From contig JBAKGE010000001.1 in NCBI GenBank assembly GCA_037191085.1, forward strand, positions 1,089 through 65,088: a stretch of DNA of 64,000 bases, written 5' to 3'. Made by a program: the position numbers and the translations under genes. The notes under the pieces are model-generated. The model was given only the letters and a program-made list of their open reading frames with translations. It was not told the origin of the DNA and ran no database searches. Each line of letters opens with the position of its first letter. The stretch's first letter is position 1. Positions 29,456 through 39,877 of the stretch are shown one piece after another. Source of the DNA: Porphyromonadaceae bacterium (GTDB taxonomy: Bacteria; Bacteroidota; Bacteroidia; Bacteroidales; Porphyromonadaceae).

Positions 29456-30952
29456 TTACATGGTCCCCACATCGGTGGGTCCGTGTAGGGTAGTAATTTG
29501 GGGCTTTTTACTTCTTTTTCCTCTGATTTCCCAGCCTGTCCATAGGACCCAGACCATAGCCAAACCGACGACAAATATGTACAATACACCGGCTTCACCG
29601 AAGAACGTGTAGATGCGACCTGTGTGTATCTCCAGACTTAACGCCTTGAGCGACATCGGAAGATACCTCAGACTCTCGGGCATCGCTATGCGATTTGTCC
29701 CACGATCATACTCCACAACTATGTTACCGCCGTCTATGTCATCACTGTACCCAGCTATGACGTGAAAGCCTACGGGTCTACCCTGCTGATGCTCCACGGG
29801 CTTGCCGGTAAAGTAATCTGTCACTGTGCCTCTCCTCCTGTCCCACACGCACATGCCACTGAATGATCCCAGCACCCACCGTCCCAGCTTGTCCTGCTGT
29901 ATCACATTCAGTCCCATGACACTAGTCGGGGGCTGCTCCGTAGTCTTGATGGGGATGGCATCGAGAGCAGTCAGGGAGTAATACCCTGCTGAAGAGTACA
30001 ATACCCAGTCTCCTTGGTAGGAATCGTAGCGTAGCATTCTTAGCATATCCTGCCAGGGATTATCACTTGCCAGAACGCTAAAAGGCACCGGCATCACCCT
30101 GGCTCTCGCCACAAGGATTAGTGCGGGTGGGCGGAGAAACCAACCCGTGATGCTGAGGAAGAGGGTGAGCAAGATCGTCATCTTCCCTATCGTATTGTGC
30201 CACTTGTACAGCCAGGCTCTTGTATGGGCATGAGACTTGCGGGAGAAAAGAGGGATGAACCAGTACACCAATCCTGTGATGCTTAGGAAAATCAGCACAA
30301 TAGCGATGGCATCCACTACGAGTTTGCCCACAATCCCGAATAGTTCTCCGCTATGCAGTAGCCATATCGTCCGAAAGAGTGAAACTCTCCTGTCATACCC
30401 CTCTGGCGTCGCGATGCGCATCGGAGTGTACGTATTGTATGGTGGCAGAGAAAGATATATGTGCGATCTCCCTGTGATGACCAGCGAGTCTCCCCGTGCT
30501 GTGATGTCGCTGATCCGCTCCCCGTGTATTGTCGTCAGCGGTCTTCGCACCCAAGATTCGCTGGCGTGATCATAGGAGTATAGACCCCACGTCGCTGCAG
30601 CAAACAGCATACCTCCCTCCGTACGCACGAGCCCTCTGATGTTGCGGTGCTCCATGCTCGTGGGCAGCCCTCTACTGTACGCTACAAGCGTTCTCCCCAT
30701 GCTATCCGTCCGCCATATCCCACCATTCCCGTATATCAGTACGCTATCGCCACTTCTAAGCGTTCCTCGCAGGAGGCCTTGGTTCCAGCGGTCATATCTA
30801 TAGCTCTTCGGTAGGAGAGTTCGCGAAACATTCGCGCCACCAAGCAGCTTTGGATGATTGAGTACCAGCCCTGATAGGCAAAACATTAGTATGAAAAATG
30901 TCAGGATCAGCCCGAACCACCTGTGGTGCGTCCTCCAAGTCTTTCTCTTCAT
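29456..30952 (-). CDS. PepSY-associated TM helix domain protein
   Basis: HRWFGL...LSGLVLNH, LHSGELFG, WHNTIG, EIHTGRI conserved His pattern. Confidence 0.82.
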   Translation of the reverse strand: MKRKTWRTHHRWFGLILTFFILMFCLSGLVLNHPKLLGGANVSRTLLPKSYRYDRWNQGLLRGTLRSGDSVLIYGNGGIWRTDSMGRTLVAYSRGLPTSMEHRNIRGLVRTEGGMLFAAATWGLYSYDHASESWVRRPLTTIHGERISDITARGDSLVITGRSHIYLSLPPYNTYTPMRIATPEGYDRRVSLFRTIWLLHSGELFGIVGKLVVDAIAIVLIFLSITGLVYWFIPLFSRKSHAHTRAWLYKWHNTIGKMTILLTLFLSITGWFLRPPALILVARARVMPVPFSVLASDNPWQDMLRMLRYDSYQGDWVLYSSAGYYSLTALDAIPIKTTEQPPTSVMGLNVIQQDKLGRWVLGSFSGMCVWDRRRGTVTDYFTGKPVEHQQGRPVGFHVIAGYSDDIDGGNIVVEYDRGTNRIAMPESLRYLPMSLKALSLEIHTGRIYTFFGEAGVLYIFVVGLAMVWVLWTGWEIRGKRSKKPQITTLHGPTDVGTM

Positions 30953-31135
30953 TACTCCTTGATTGTCATTATTCTCTCCTGGGGCCTTCTTGTCTCCGGA
31001 TCAAGGCAAAGGTACCGCCATAATACCTCCCGAACAATACCTAATGTCAGCGATATTCCATACCCCTGATGTCTTGGTCAAGTACTTTTTTCATTAGGTT
31101 TGTGCATTAGTTGTTTCACCGATTCTACCACTGAA

Positions 31136-31678
31136 ATGGACCAGTTTCATTCGACGTTTCAGACTGTTTATATCTCCTCTTGTGATACCCCCTGTGGTAC
31201 TATCATTCTCGGTGGTGTCAAGGATACCTTGTGCCTATGCGACTGGCAGTGCCGTCGTGATGCTCTTGCTTTTTGTCGTCGGCTCCAAAACCGACTTTCT
31301 GCCGTGCCGAAGGAGTCCGAAACTCCCGTTATCGTCGCTGCCAGGTCCCAGATCGATCAGTACTTCACTGGGGCACGAACTCGCTTCGACCTCCCTCTCA
31401 CCATAGCAGGTACGGCCCTGCAGATGCAGGTTTGGCGAGAACTCCTTACAGTCCCTTACAGCAATACTATCTCCTACCGGGAGCTGGCCGAGCGTGTCGG
31501 CAGACCTCGGGCAGTGCGTGCCGTAGCTAATGCTGTCGGCGCCAATCCCCTCTCCCTTTTCGTCCCCTGTCATCGTGTCATCGGTAGCGATGGTACCCTC
31601 ACTGGCTATGCCGGGGGACTTGAGACCAAGCGATACCTCCTACAGCTCGAGCAAAAAATCACCACTCCTCTGGGATAA
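31136..31678 (+). CDS. ogt: Methylated-DNA-protein-cysteine methyltransferase
   Basis: PCHRV active site, GTALQMQVW, LTGYAGG. Confidence 0.93.
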   Translation: MDQFHSTFQTVYISSCDTPCGTIILGGVKDTLCLCDWQCRRDALAFCRRLQNRLSAVPKESETPVIVAARSQIDQYFTGARTRFDLPLTIAGTALQMQVWRELLTVPYSNTISYRELAERVGRPRAVRAVANAVGANPLSLFVPCHRVIGSDGTLTGYAGGLETKRYLLQLEQKITTPLG

Positions 31679-31730
31679 TGTCATGGTGGCCTGCTTGGCT
31701 ATACACACGCTCAGACATGTGTCAAAAAAT

Positions 31731-31808
31731 CTCTGGGTCGTCGATGAAGCGATGACCCAGAGATTTCTCCTGCGACCTATGGGAGGTCGATTTATCGACG
31801 ACCCAGAG
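31731..31808. repeat. 78-bp double-palindrome element, copy D (linker in reverse orientation)
   Basis: Same layout; reverse complement of the linker, GTCGCAGGAGAAAT, matches the linkers of E, F and G. Confidence 0.9.
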
Positions 31809-32072
31809 GTTTCTTGGGGGGATGCCCGCACGTTTTGGACGAGTGGTAGGGGGAAGCTTGCCATCATAATCTTACGGTCACTGTGTCTATAGATGCAGGG
31901 AAAACCGTGCGTCAAGGCAAAACGTTTGAGCGAACTGACTGTCTCTTTTTTGCGTCTCTCGCAGAGGATTTATTACCGTATTGTGAAAAAGAAGAGTTAC
32001 CTTTGTCCTGCAGCTTTTTAGTGGACTGTGTGAGAGTCGTTGTAATAATACCAAATAGATGCCCGACAAGAG

Positions 32073-32723
32073 ATGAATGCTTTTGTATCCTGGAGTAGTG
32101 GCAAGGACTGTATGTATGCCCTCCACCGCTTTCTCAGATCTGAGGGGAGTGCTCAGGTAGTACTGATGAATATGACGGATGTGAACTCCGATCTCTCACG
32201 TTCGCATGGAATCCGTACTACTCTCGTGGCACGTCAGGCGGAGCACATGGGACTACCGATTCTCCAGTGTCCGACCCTGCGAGGAAGGTATGAGGAGGAC
32301 TTCAAGGCCGGGGTGCGTACCCTCCGGGATAGCTACGGGGTAGAGGCCGGAGTCTTCGGTGACATCTACCTCAGGGAGCATCGGGTGTGGGTTGAGCGTG
32401 TCTGTGGTGACTTAGGGGTGATCCCTATATTTCCACTCTGGGGACAGTCCACAGAGGAGCTGATGCGGGGATTTGTGGAAGACGGATTCCGGTCCGTCGT
32501 GGTAGCGCTTCGCAAGGAGTGTCTCTCGGTTGAATATCTCGGACGGACGATAGATGAGGATTTTATCCTCCAGCTCTCGAATATGTCGGGTGTGGACGTC
32601 TGTGGTGAGAATGGCGAATATCATTCGTACGTGTACGATGGTCCCATTTTCGAGAGCCCGGTGCCTATTCGGCACGGAGCTGTGACAGAGGATGCACGAA
32701 ACTTTTTCCTGGAACTCATATGA
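32073..32723 (+). CDS. DUF71 / diphthine-ammonia ligase family ATP pyrophosphatase
   Basis: SWSSGKD PP-loop, GVFGDI, PLW, CGENGEYHSYVYDGP. Confidence 0.85.
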   Translation: MNAFVSWSSGKDCMYALHRFLRSEGSAQVVLMNMTDVNSDLSRSHGIRTTLVARQAEHMGLPILQCPTLRGRYEEDFKAGVRTLRDSYGVEAGVFGDIYLREHRVWVERVCGDLGVIPIFPLWGQSTEELMRGFVEDGFRSVVVALRKECLSVEYLGRTIDEDFILQLSNMSGVDVCGENGEYHSYVYDGPIFESPVPIRHGAVTEDARNFFLELI

Positions 32724-33550
32724 ATACAACAATACCTCGTCGACTACTTCTAGTCTCATTGTTTTTGCTACTCCTCACCATTCAGGCTTGGAGCCGGCAG
32801 TCGTACCACCGTATCGTGTCGCTGGTACCGTCGGTGACTCAGAGTATCTACCAGCTGAATGGTCAGGAGCGATTGGTGGGGTGTACCAGCTACTGCAAGG
32901 ATGGTGTGACTGACGGCAAGCCGGTGGTATCCACAGCTGTCAAGATGAATGTGGAGAAGATAGTGGAGCTCAAACCTGATATCGTGATTGCTTCGGGGCT
33001 CATTAATCCCAAGGATGTGAAGACACTTAGGAAGTTCGGTATTCAGGTGACAACGATGTCGTCACCGATAGCCTTGGAGGAAATTTACAATCAGTTTTTG
33101 ACCATAGGAGAATACCTTGACGCTCGTGACCGCGCGGGGCAAATCGTAGCTCGGACACGTATGGCGATTCAGGAGATACGTAATCGCCATGCACAGGAGA
33201 ACGGTCGGATAAGGGTATTCTTTCAGATCGGAGCGGATCCGATATTTGCAGTCCTCAAGGGAACTTTTATGGACAGCTATATCACGATCCTTGGGGGAGA
33301 AAATGTGACATCGGGGCTACAGAATGGTACGGTGGGGCGGGAGTATATCCTTGCACAAGACCCTGACTATATATTCATAGCGACCATGGGGATAGTGGGG
33401 GAGAATGAGGTTAAGGCGTGGAATCGACACCAGAATCTCAAGGCGACGAAGGGCAAGCATATCTATGTCGTGAACTCGGAGATCGCTTGTCAGCCTACCC
33501 CGGAGACATTCCTACAGACACTGAGGGAGATGGACAGACTAATCAAATAA
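32720..33550 (+). CDS. btuF: ABC transporter substrate-binding protein, BtuF-like
   Basis: RIVSLVPSVT, VGCTSYC, EKIVELKPD; operon with cobO and a FecCD permease. Confidence 0.72.
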   Translation: MNTTIPRRLLLVSLFLLLLTIQAWSRQSYHRIVSLVPSVTQSIYQLNGQERLVGCTSYCKDGVTDGKPVVSTAVKMNVEKIVELKPDIVIASGLINPKDVKTLRKFGIQVTTMSSPIALEEIYNQFLTIGEYLDARDRAGQIVARTRMAIQEIRNRHAQENGRIRVFFQIGADPIFAVLKGTFMDSYITILGGENVTSGLQNGTVGREYILAQDPDYIFIATMGIVGENEVKAWNRHQNLKATKGKHIYVVNSEIACQPTPETFLQTLREMDRLIK

Positions 33551-33564
33551 GGAAGATAAGAACT

Positions 33565-34107
33565 ATGGGACAGAAGAAAGGACTCGGACTCATACACGTA
33601 TACACAGGTGACGGCAAAGGTAAGACGACGGCCGCTATCGGACTGGCGACACGTGCCCTTGGCAAAGGGCTGAAGGTATGCTACTGCTCTTTCCATAAAT
33701 GCCCAGAGAAGTATGGTTACACCGAAATGGAGAGTTTGCGCAAGCTCGGTGCTACGGTGTACAATTTTGCCAAGGGACATCCACATTTGGATAGGTCATT
33801 GGACGAGAATGTAATCCGTCGGGAGGCGAATGAAGCCTTTGATATTCTACGGCGGGAGTTGGGGACGACACACTATGATCTGATGATATTGGATGAGGCG
33901 AATATCTCGGTACGTGATCACTACATAGAGGAAGATGTTCTTCTGGACTTTGTGCAGAATGTCAAGCCTGCTGATATGGAGCTTGTACTTACGGGGCGTG
34001 CTGCGACAGATAGAATCATAGCACTGGCAGACTACGTTACCTACTGTAAGAAGGTGAAGCACCCCTACGATGAGGGTATTACCAGCCGTGCAGGGATAGA
34101 ATATTGA
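33565..34107 (+). CDS. cobO: Cob(I)alamin adenosyltransferase (CobO/BtuR type)
   Basis: GLIHVYTGDGKGKTTAA, ILDEA, ELVLTGR, KHPYDEGI..RAGIEY; start moved to ATG 33565. Confidence 0.92.
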   Translation: MGQKKGLGLIHVYTGDGKGKTTAAIGLATRALGKGLKVCYCSFHKCPEKYGYTEMESLRKLGATVYNFAKGHPHLDRSLDENVIRREANEAFDILRRELGTTHYDLMILDEANISVRDHYIEEDVLLDFVQNVKPADMELVLTGRAATDRIIALADYVTYCKKVKHPYDEGITSRAGIEY

Positions 34108-34139
34108 GAGAGGGGATGGACTTGTCGAATGTATAGGGT

Positions 34140-35153
34140 ATGAAGAGACAGTGGCTCGGCTGGGCATTAAACATCCTTCTGCTACTCGTGATACTCACGG
34201 TATCGGTACTTCTATCCTTGAGCATAGGTGAGATCTCCATACCGATAGAGCAGATCGGAGAGGCACTTTCGGACTCTGAGGGAGTGGAGTATGGGGTATT
34301 GTCTTATATCCGTATTCCGAGAATTGTACTCGGAATAGCCATAGGAGGAAGCCTAAGCCTTGCAGGGGCAATACTGCAGGGGGTCTACCGAAATCCTCTC
34401 GTGGAGCCATACACTCTCGGTATATCAGGTGGGGCATCGTTGGGAGTGACACTGGTGATCGTTCTGGGACTACACTTGGTCAATGTCCTGCTGATGCCCA
34501 TAGCGGGATTTGTGGGAGCATTTATTACTATCTTTTTGGTTGCTACGCTGGGGTTGAGTAAAGGTAAGGTGAGTGTCAATCGCATGCTCCTCATAGGTGT
34601 GATGCTTAGTTTCATCTCCTCATCAGGAGTGATGTTCCTGATGTCGATTACGAAAGTGGAGAATATTCATAGCATTATCTTCTGGACCATGGGTTCGTTG
34701 AATGAGTCGAATCCTACCCTGGTATGGGGGATGCTGGTACTTGCACTGGTGTGCTTGCTTTTTGTGTACCTCTTCGTCACTCCACTCAATGCACTGCGCT
34801 TGGGGGAAGAGAAGGCTTCGCATCTTGGGATTAATTCATCTGCTACTATACGTATCCTTTTCCTCATCACCTCTCTACTGACAGGTGCCTGCATTGCCGT
34901 AGGAGGAGTGATAGGTTTCGTGGGGCTTGTGATGCCACACATCATACGACTATGGGTAGGGTCGGACTATCGGATCCTGCTTTTGGCATCGTTCCTCAGT
35001 GGGAGTATCTTCCTCGTACTGTCGGATCTGCTTGCACGTACGGTCATAGCTCCCAATGAACTTCCTATCGGAGTTATTACCGGCATTGTGGGAGGGATCA
35101 CGTTCATAGTGCTCCTGGCTCGCTCATCCAAGAAATCCAGACTTCTGCAATGA
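34140..35153 (+). CDS. btuC: FecCD/BtuC family ABC permease
   Basis: RIPRI, RNPLVEPYTLG, ALRLGEEKA, GFVGLVMPH, ELPIG. Confidence 0.82.
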   Translation: MKRQWLGWALNILLLLVILTVSVLLSLSIGEISIPIEQIGEALSDSEGVEYGVLSYIRIPRIVLGIAIGGSLSLAGAILQGVYRNPLVEPYTLGISGGASLGVTLVIVLGLHLVNVLLMPIAGFVGAFITIFLVATLGLSKGKVSVNRMLLIGVMLSFISSSGVMFLMSITKVENIHSIIFWTMGSLNESNPTLVWGMLVLALVCLLFVYLFVTPLNALRLGEEKASHLGINSSATIRILFLITSLLTGACIAVGGVIGFVGLVMPHIIRLWVGSDYRILLLASFLSGSIFLVLSDLLARTVIAPNELPIGVITGIVGGITFIVLLARSSKKSRLLQ

Positions 35154-35959
35154 TGAAAGAGGTACTACGCATTACCGATCTCTCGTGCGGTTACTCGTCA
35201 GGATTCCGGATTGAGGGAGTAGACTTCTCACTTGTTGAGGGAACTTTCGCAGGTATTGTAGGTCCCAATGGCTCGGGCAAGACTACTCTTTTCCGTGGGT
35301 GTACGGGAGACCTTCCTCTGCGCTCTGGCAGTGTGGTGATAGAGGGTCGGGCGCTCGCCGACCTCTCGGTGAAGGAGCGGGCACAGAAGGTAGCTATCGT
35401 GAGTCAGTTCACGGAGAAGACAAATATAACGGTTCGGGAGTACGTACTCCTGGGACGTACTCCGTATCGATCGAAGTTCCAGTTCTTCGACACCGAAGAG
35501 GACATCGCTGAGGCCGAACACTACATGCGTCTGACCGGTACTCTCAGGCACAGGGATAGGATGATGACCGAGCTCAGCGGCGGCGAACTCCAGATGGCAA
35601 GCATCGCTATGGCACTTTGTCAGCGTCCTCGTCTCCTGCTCCTTGATGAGCCTACCTCCCATCTCGACATTACGCATCAAATACGTTTCATGGATCTCGT
35701 GCAGCAGCTCAACCTCGAACTGGGGCTCACGGTGATGATGATCATACATGACCTCACTATGGCAGCGGAGTATTGCGACTATCTGGTGATGATGAAGCAA
35801 GGAAAGCTATTCACACAAGGCACGCCCGACCAAGTTCTTACCCACCAGAATATCGAGGAAGTATACGAGACCCCTGTCGTAGTAGGTACCAATCCTGTCT
35901 CCGGCAAGAAAGCAATCTTCCCGGTCTCCCGACAGGCTATGATGAATAGCAGGCTATGA
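35150..35959 (+). CDS. btuD: ABC transporter ATP-binding protein, BtuD/FepC-like
   Basis: GPNGSGKT, LSGGE, LLLDEPTSHLD. Confidence 0.82.
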   Translation: MMKEVLRITDLSCGYSSGFRIEGVDFSLVEGTFAGIVGPNGSGKTTLFRGCTGDLPLRSGSVVIEGRALADLSVKERAQKVAIVSQFTEKTNITVREYVLLGRTPYRSKFQFFDTEEDIAEAEHYMRLTGTLRHRDRMMTELSGGELQMASIAMALCQRPRLLLLDEPTSHLDITHQIRFMDLVQQLNLELGLTVMMIIHDLTMAAEYCDYLVMMKQGKLFTQGTPDQVLTHQNIEEVYETPVVVGTNPVSGKKAIFPVSRQAMMNSRL

Positions 35960-36537
35960 GATTGTACATCGTGCGACACGGAGAAACTGAGGAAAATCGC
36001 CTGCGCATCTGTCAGGGGCAAACCCATGGTACCCTCACCGCTGAGGGAATAGAGGAGGCGAACCTAATCGGTCGTCGTTTGGCGCATATCCCTATCGATA
36101 TCTGCTATACCTCCGATCTCCGTCGAGCATATCGAACAGCTGAGATCATATCATCGAAGCATTCCACTGTCATCCCGGTCATCACTGACAGCCGCCTTAG
36201 GGAGCGGTACTTCGGGTCCTATCAGGGGCAGGTGTTCCCTACGGAGTCACACACCGATCACTTCTTCTTCTCCGAGGCAGAGACGCCACGCCTTATCGCT
36301 TGTCGTCTTCTCTCCCTCCTGCACGATCTCATCGCCCGACATGCTCATCACAGCGTGCTACTCGTGAGCCATGGCTTCACCATCCGTGTGCTCCTCGCTC
36401 TCCTCACGGGCAGAGATGCCGATGACTGGACAGAGCTTCCCGAACTCCTCAATACCTCCCTCTCTATCGCTGACGGTCCCGAGCCATTCACTCTCGTTCT
36501 CCTTAATGACACCTCCCACTTAGGCGGAAGATTCTGA
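35956..36537 (+). CDS. Histidine phosphatase family (CobC-like by context)
   Basis: RHG motif, TSDLRRAYRTA, LRERYFG, VSHG; last gene of the cobamide operon. Confidence 0.8.
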   Translation: MRLYIVRHGETEENRLRICQGQTHGTLTAEGIEEANLIGRRLAHIPIDICYTSDLRRAYRTAEIISSKHSTVIPVITDSRLRERYFGSYQGQVFPTESHTDHFFFSEAETPRLIACRLLSLLHDLIARHAHHSVLLVSHGFTIRVLLALLTGRDADDWTELPELLNTSLSIADGPEPFTLVLLNDTSHLGGRF

Positions 36538-36559
36538 ACACTCCGAGTGCTCTACACCC

Positions 36560-38401
36560 TTAGAGCTTATAGACCACGAAAGCCTCCACCACGTTCACTG
36601 CATAGTCTCCGAAGTGCTCATACTCATCTATGAGATCCAGATAGTGTACGGATTCCTGATACTCATACTTCTTGTCTTCGAGGTCTTTGAGGTTTTTGTT
36701 GAGTAGGGCATCACGTTTGTTGTTTAGCTTATTCTCCAGGTTGTTGGTCTCGAAGAGCATGTTCTCGTTCTTTGTAGGTGACTCCAGCACACGTATCGTA
36801 TGCTGTGACACCTCCTGTGCTATCTCCTGCACCTTGCGCAGCTGCTCCTCCAGCATGGGAGAGAAGGTGATACCATTTTTATTCTTTCGCTTGAGTATTC
36901 GTGCCATATTGAAGCACGCATCCCCCATGCTCTCTATTTCGGTGGCGATACGCATCATCACACGCACATCACGGCGTGAGTCGCTGCTCAGGTCACCTTC
37001 AGATACTGCACTCAGGTACTGTACGATCTCCACCTCCACACGGTCGCAGATGTTTTCATACTTCTCCATGCGATTGAATGTCCTCTCGAACTCTTCCTGA
37101 TCCTTCGTCTGCAGGAGGGTCAGTGTCATCTTCAGCATCTCATTCACTTTCCGCAGATAGCTCGCCGCCTCCTGCTGTACCTGTAGCATCGATAGCTCAC
37201 TTGTGGAGAGCATGCGCATGCTGATGTACTGCAAGTGTGAGTGTTCTTTCTCATCCGCTGCCTTCTTATTCGGGGTGATAACGGCAGTACATATCCTTAC
37301 ATACAGCGGAACGAACCACACCATGACAACTGTATTCGTGATATTGAACAATGTGTGAAACAGTGCCAACCCTGTGCTGCATGCTGCTGCCATAGCCAGG
37401 AGGCTCGACTGTATCCCTGCCATTTCGGGATCAAATATCTTTTGACTTCCGTCCGTCATCAGTGCGATATCCCCCGGCTCATAGCGCAGTGCAAGATCAT
37501 GTATCTGCGGGAAAAGCTGGCTGGGATCTGCCCCCTCCATGCTCGTCACCAGCATCGTCACCAGACGCACGATAGGGTAATACAAGCACAGCACCCATGC
37601 GACACCGAATGCATTGAAGAGAAAGTGTGAAAATGCCGTCCGCTTCGCATTGATATTCGCATTCAGCGCTGCGAGGTTCGCTGTGATCGTGGTGCCGATA
37701 TTCTCCCCGAGGATCATTGCGGTGCCCATCTCGAAGGGAATCCACCCCTTGCTACACATGATTAGCGTGATCGCCACTGTCGCGCTGGACGACTGGACTA
37801 CGAATGTCAGTACCGTGCCTATCAGCAGGAATATGAGTACGCTCCCAAATCCCATGTCCGTGTACCTCTGTAGGAAAGACAACGCATCGGGATTAGCCTG
37901 TAGGTCGGGCATCGAATCCTTGAGGAACTGCAGACCCAGAAAGAGCAACGAGAAGCCCATCACAAATGAACCCCACGAGTTCCACCTCGGCTTCTTAGAG
38001 AAAATTAGGGGTATCGTCAGTGCTATCACAGGGACAGCAAAGGCGCTGACACTGACCTTGAAGCCCAGCAGTGAGATGATCCACGCAGTCACGGTAGTCC
38101 CGATATTGGCACCCATGATAACGCTGATGGACTGTGCCAGCGTGAGGAGCCCTGCGTTCACGAAGCTCACCACCATTAGTGTCGTAGCTGACGAAGACTG
38201 GATGAGTGTGGTGATCAGGAAACCCGTGAGGATCCCGAAGAAACGATTGGAGGTCATCGCCGATAACACCGAGCGCATGCGGTCGCCCGCGACCTTCTGG
38301 AGTCCCTCGCTCATGATCTTCATCCCGTACAGGAAAAGACCGAGCGAACCAATCAAGTAGATAAAGTCAAAAATACCGTATTCCATAAATAGAACAGTCA
38401 T
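36560..38401 (-). CDS. Na/Pi cotransporter with PhoU-like C-terminus
   Basis: Two QSSSA repeats, GANIGTT / GENIGTT, helical C-terminal domain. Confidence 0.9.
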   Translation of the reverse strand: MTVLFMEYGIFDFIYLIGSLGLFLYGMKIMSEGLQKVAGDRMRSVLSAMTSNRFFGILTGFLITTLIQSSSATTLMVVSFVNAGLLTLAQSISVIMGANIGTTVTAWIISLLGFKVSVSAFAVPVIALTIPLIFSKKPRWNSWGSFVMGFSLLFLGLQFLKDSMPDLQANPDALSFLQRYTDMGFGSVLIFLLIGTVLTFVVQSSSATVAITLIMCSKGWIPFEMGTAMILGENIGTTITANLAALNANINAKRTAFSHFLFNAFGVAWVLCLYYPIVRLVTMLVTSMEGADPSQLFPQIHDLALRYEPGDIALMTDGSQKIFDPEMAGIQSSLLAMAAACSTGLALFHTLFNITNTVVMVWFVPLYVRICTAVITPNKKAADEKEHSHLQYISMRMLSTSELSMLQVQQEAASYLRKVNEMLKMTLTLLQTKDQEEFERTFNRMEKYENICDRVEVEIVQYLSAVSEGDLSSDSRRDVRVMMRIATEIESMGDACFNMARILKRKNKNGITFSPMLEEQLRKVQEIAQEVSQHTIRVLESPTKNENMLFETNNLENKLNNKRDALLNKNLKDLEDKKYEYQESVHYLDLIDEYEHFGDYAVNVVEAFVVYKL

Positions 38402-38928
38402 GTGGCGAAGTAGATAAGACCTCGGCAGAAAGCCCTAAATCGGCTCTACGCAACCTTGTTGAATTCGATCGCAAAAATAATTAAAAATATTCAGAATTGG
38501 TGACTTTTAGGAAGATATATTTCCTCTTTTTCTTTCGTGCTTTGCTCTCTCCGCTCCTCGTAGATAGTCCTGTACTACAGTGACTTTCTGCTCCAATCGC
38601 GGATTATCAGCTCTATGGATTCCAAAATTTTGCATCGAGACGGGTTTTCTTCGAATTTGCACATACAGTAATATGTATTCAGGTATTTAACCAAAATGAT
38701 TATAGATGCGTGTATCCTTGTATGTCGTGGTTCTACCGGGAATCGGTAATGGGAGGTTCATTGTCCTACTCTCTGTTTCCTCTTTCCTGTTCCTTTTCCG
38801 GCTTCACTTTCGATTTATTCTTCAGTTACATTTTTCCTCTTTGCGGTCCTCTCTATGGAGTGTAAGTGGCTTTCTACTATCGCATTACATAGGGATGCTA
38901 TTATTTGCCCTTGAAATGGCACAGATTT

Positions 38929-39006
38929 CTCTGGGACGTTGATTCACCGACGTCCCAGAGGTCTCTGAGAAAAGCTCCGGGACATTGACAGAGCGACGAC
39001 CCAGAG
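38929..39006. repeat. 78-bp double-palindrome element, copy E
   Basis: Same layout; upstream of the fimbrial locus. Confidence 0.88.
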
Positions 39007-39424
39007 AAATTTGTCGTGAGGAGCGATACTGTTGCATCCATGCGTGTTGTTCTCCTCTCCTTGAGTATCTGCTGGCGCGTGTTATCTGAACCCTCCGGAA
39101 TGCGTGCCAAATACACATAAACAGAGGGATGATTGGTGGTAACTTATTGGTTTTATATACCGTTCAATACCAGAATTATGTGATGTTTCCGAATCAAGTG
39201 CCTGAACGCCTGGAGATCATGCAAAATGTCGGACAATTGGATGGGAAATTCTTCTTTTTCAGCTGAGATGGCTTCTCTTGCTGCCATTTGAATTGTTATC
39301 AAAAGTTAACTAGGAGGGGGTAAACACAATAATATTTAACGATATAATTTTTCGAATCTGCCCGGAGGTCTTTTGTAGAGAGGGGAGTATGTCGTTTTAT
39401 AAATTTGGCGAAAAAAATAAGCAT

Positions 39425-39455
39425 TTTGGATGTCTGAATATTAATTGTAAATTTG
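39425..39455 (+). promoter_or_regulatory. Bacteroidota -33/-7 promoter, probably for the fimbrial operon
   Basis: TTTG (39425-39428), 19 nt spacer, TAAATTTG (39448-39455). Confidence 0.6.
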
Positions 39456-39877
39456 CCAGCGAATCTAAGATATCTCTGTGATAATTGTGCGAAAATTCCT
39501 GGTGCTCAGGCAAAAATGTGAGCTGGAGCAGCGGACGCAAGCGGAGAGGCAGTAGATTATTGGACGTAGAATTTTAGGGAATTAGACTTTTATTAGTTTG
39601 TACAGGAAATGTTGTGGACAGGATTGCCGACGGCCGGTAGCATCGGAGAGGGGTGCATGGAGTTTTTGTTGTCGGTCGTGTAGTTCTGGACGGAAAGAAA
39701 GTCGTTGTAGTTCGTGTCGGATGACGGGGCATATTAGTCTGACACATTCGTGTCTCAAAGTAATTTTAAATCAGTAAAACATATAACTCTCAACCCAAGG
39801 TAATATTTTTTCCTTGCACGTCTTGATAGTATGTGCAGGGCGGTGGGATAATGAGCATGTAAAACGAAGTGAAAAGT

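Noticed and set aside
30955-30975. Fur-box-like AATAATGACAATC upstream of the PepSY gene
   Set aside because: Only one half resembles the 19-bp consensus
31810-32072. Cobalamin riboswitch upstream of the btu operon
   Set aside because: The conserved blocks seen at 13750-13960 (GGGAA, CTGTAA, CCACTG, AGNCAGNAGACC) are absent
39547-39556. GGCAGTAG as an ops/JUMPStart element
   Set aside because: One mismatch in a short motif, no surrounding JUMPStart context and no NusG/UpxY paralogue in the window
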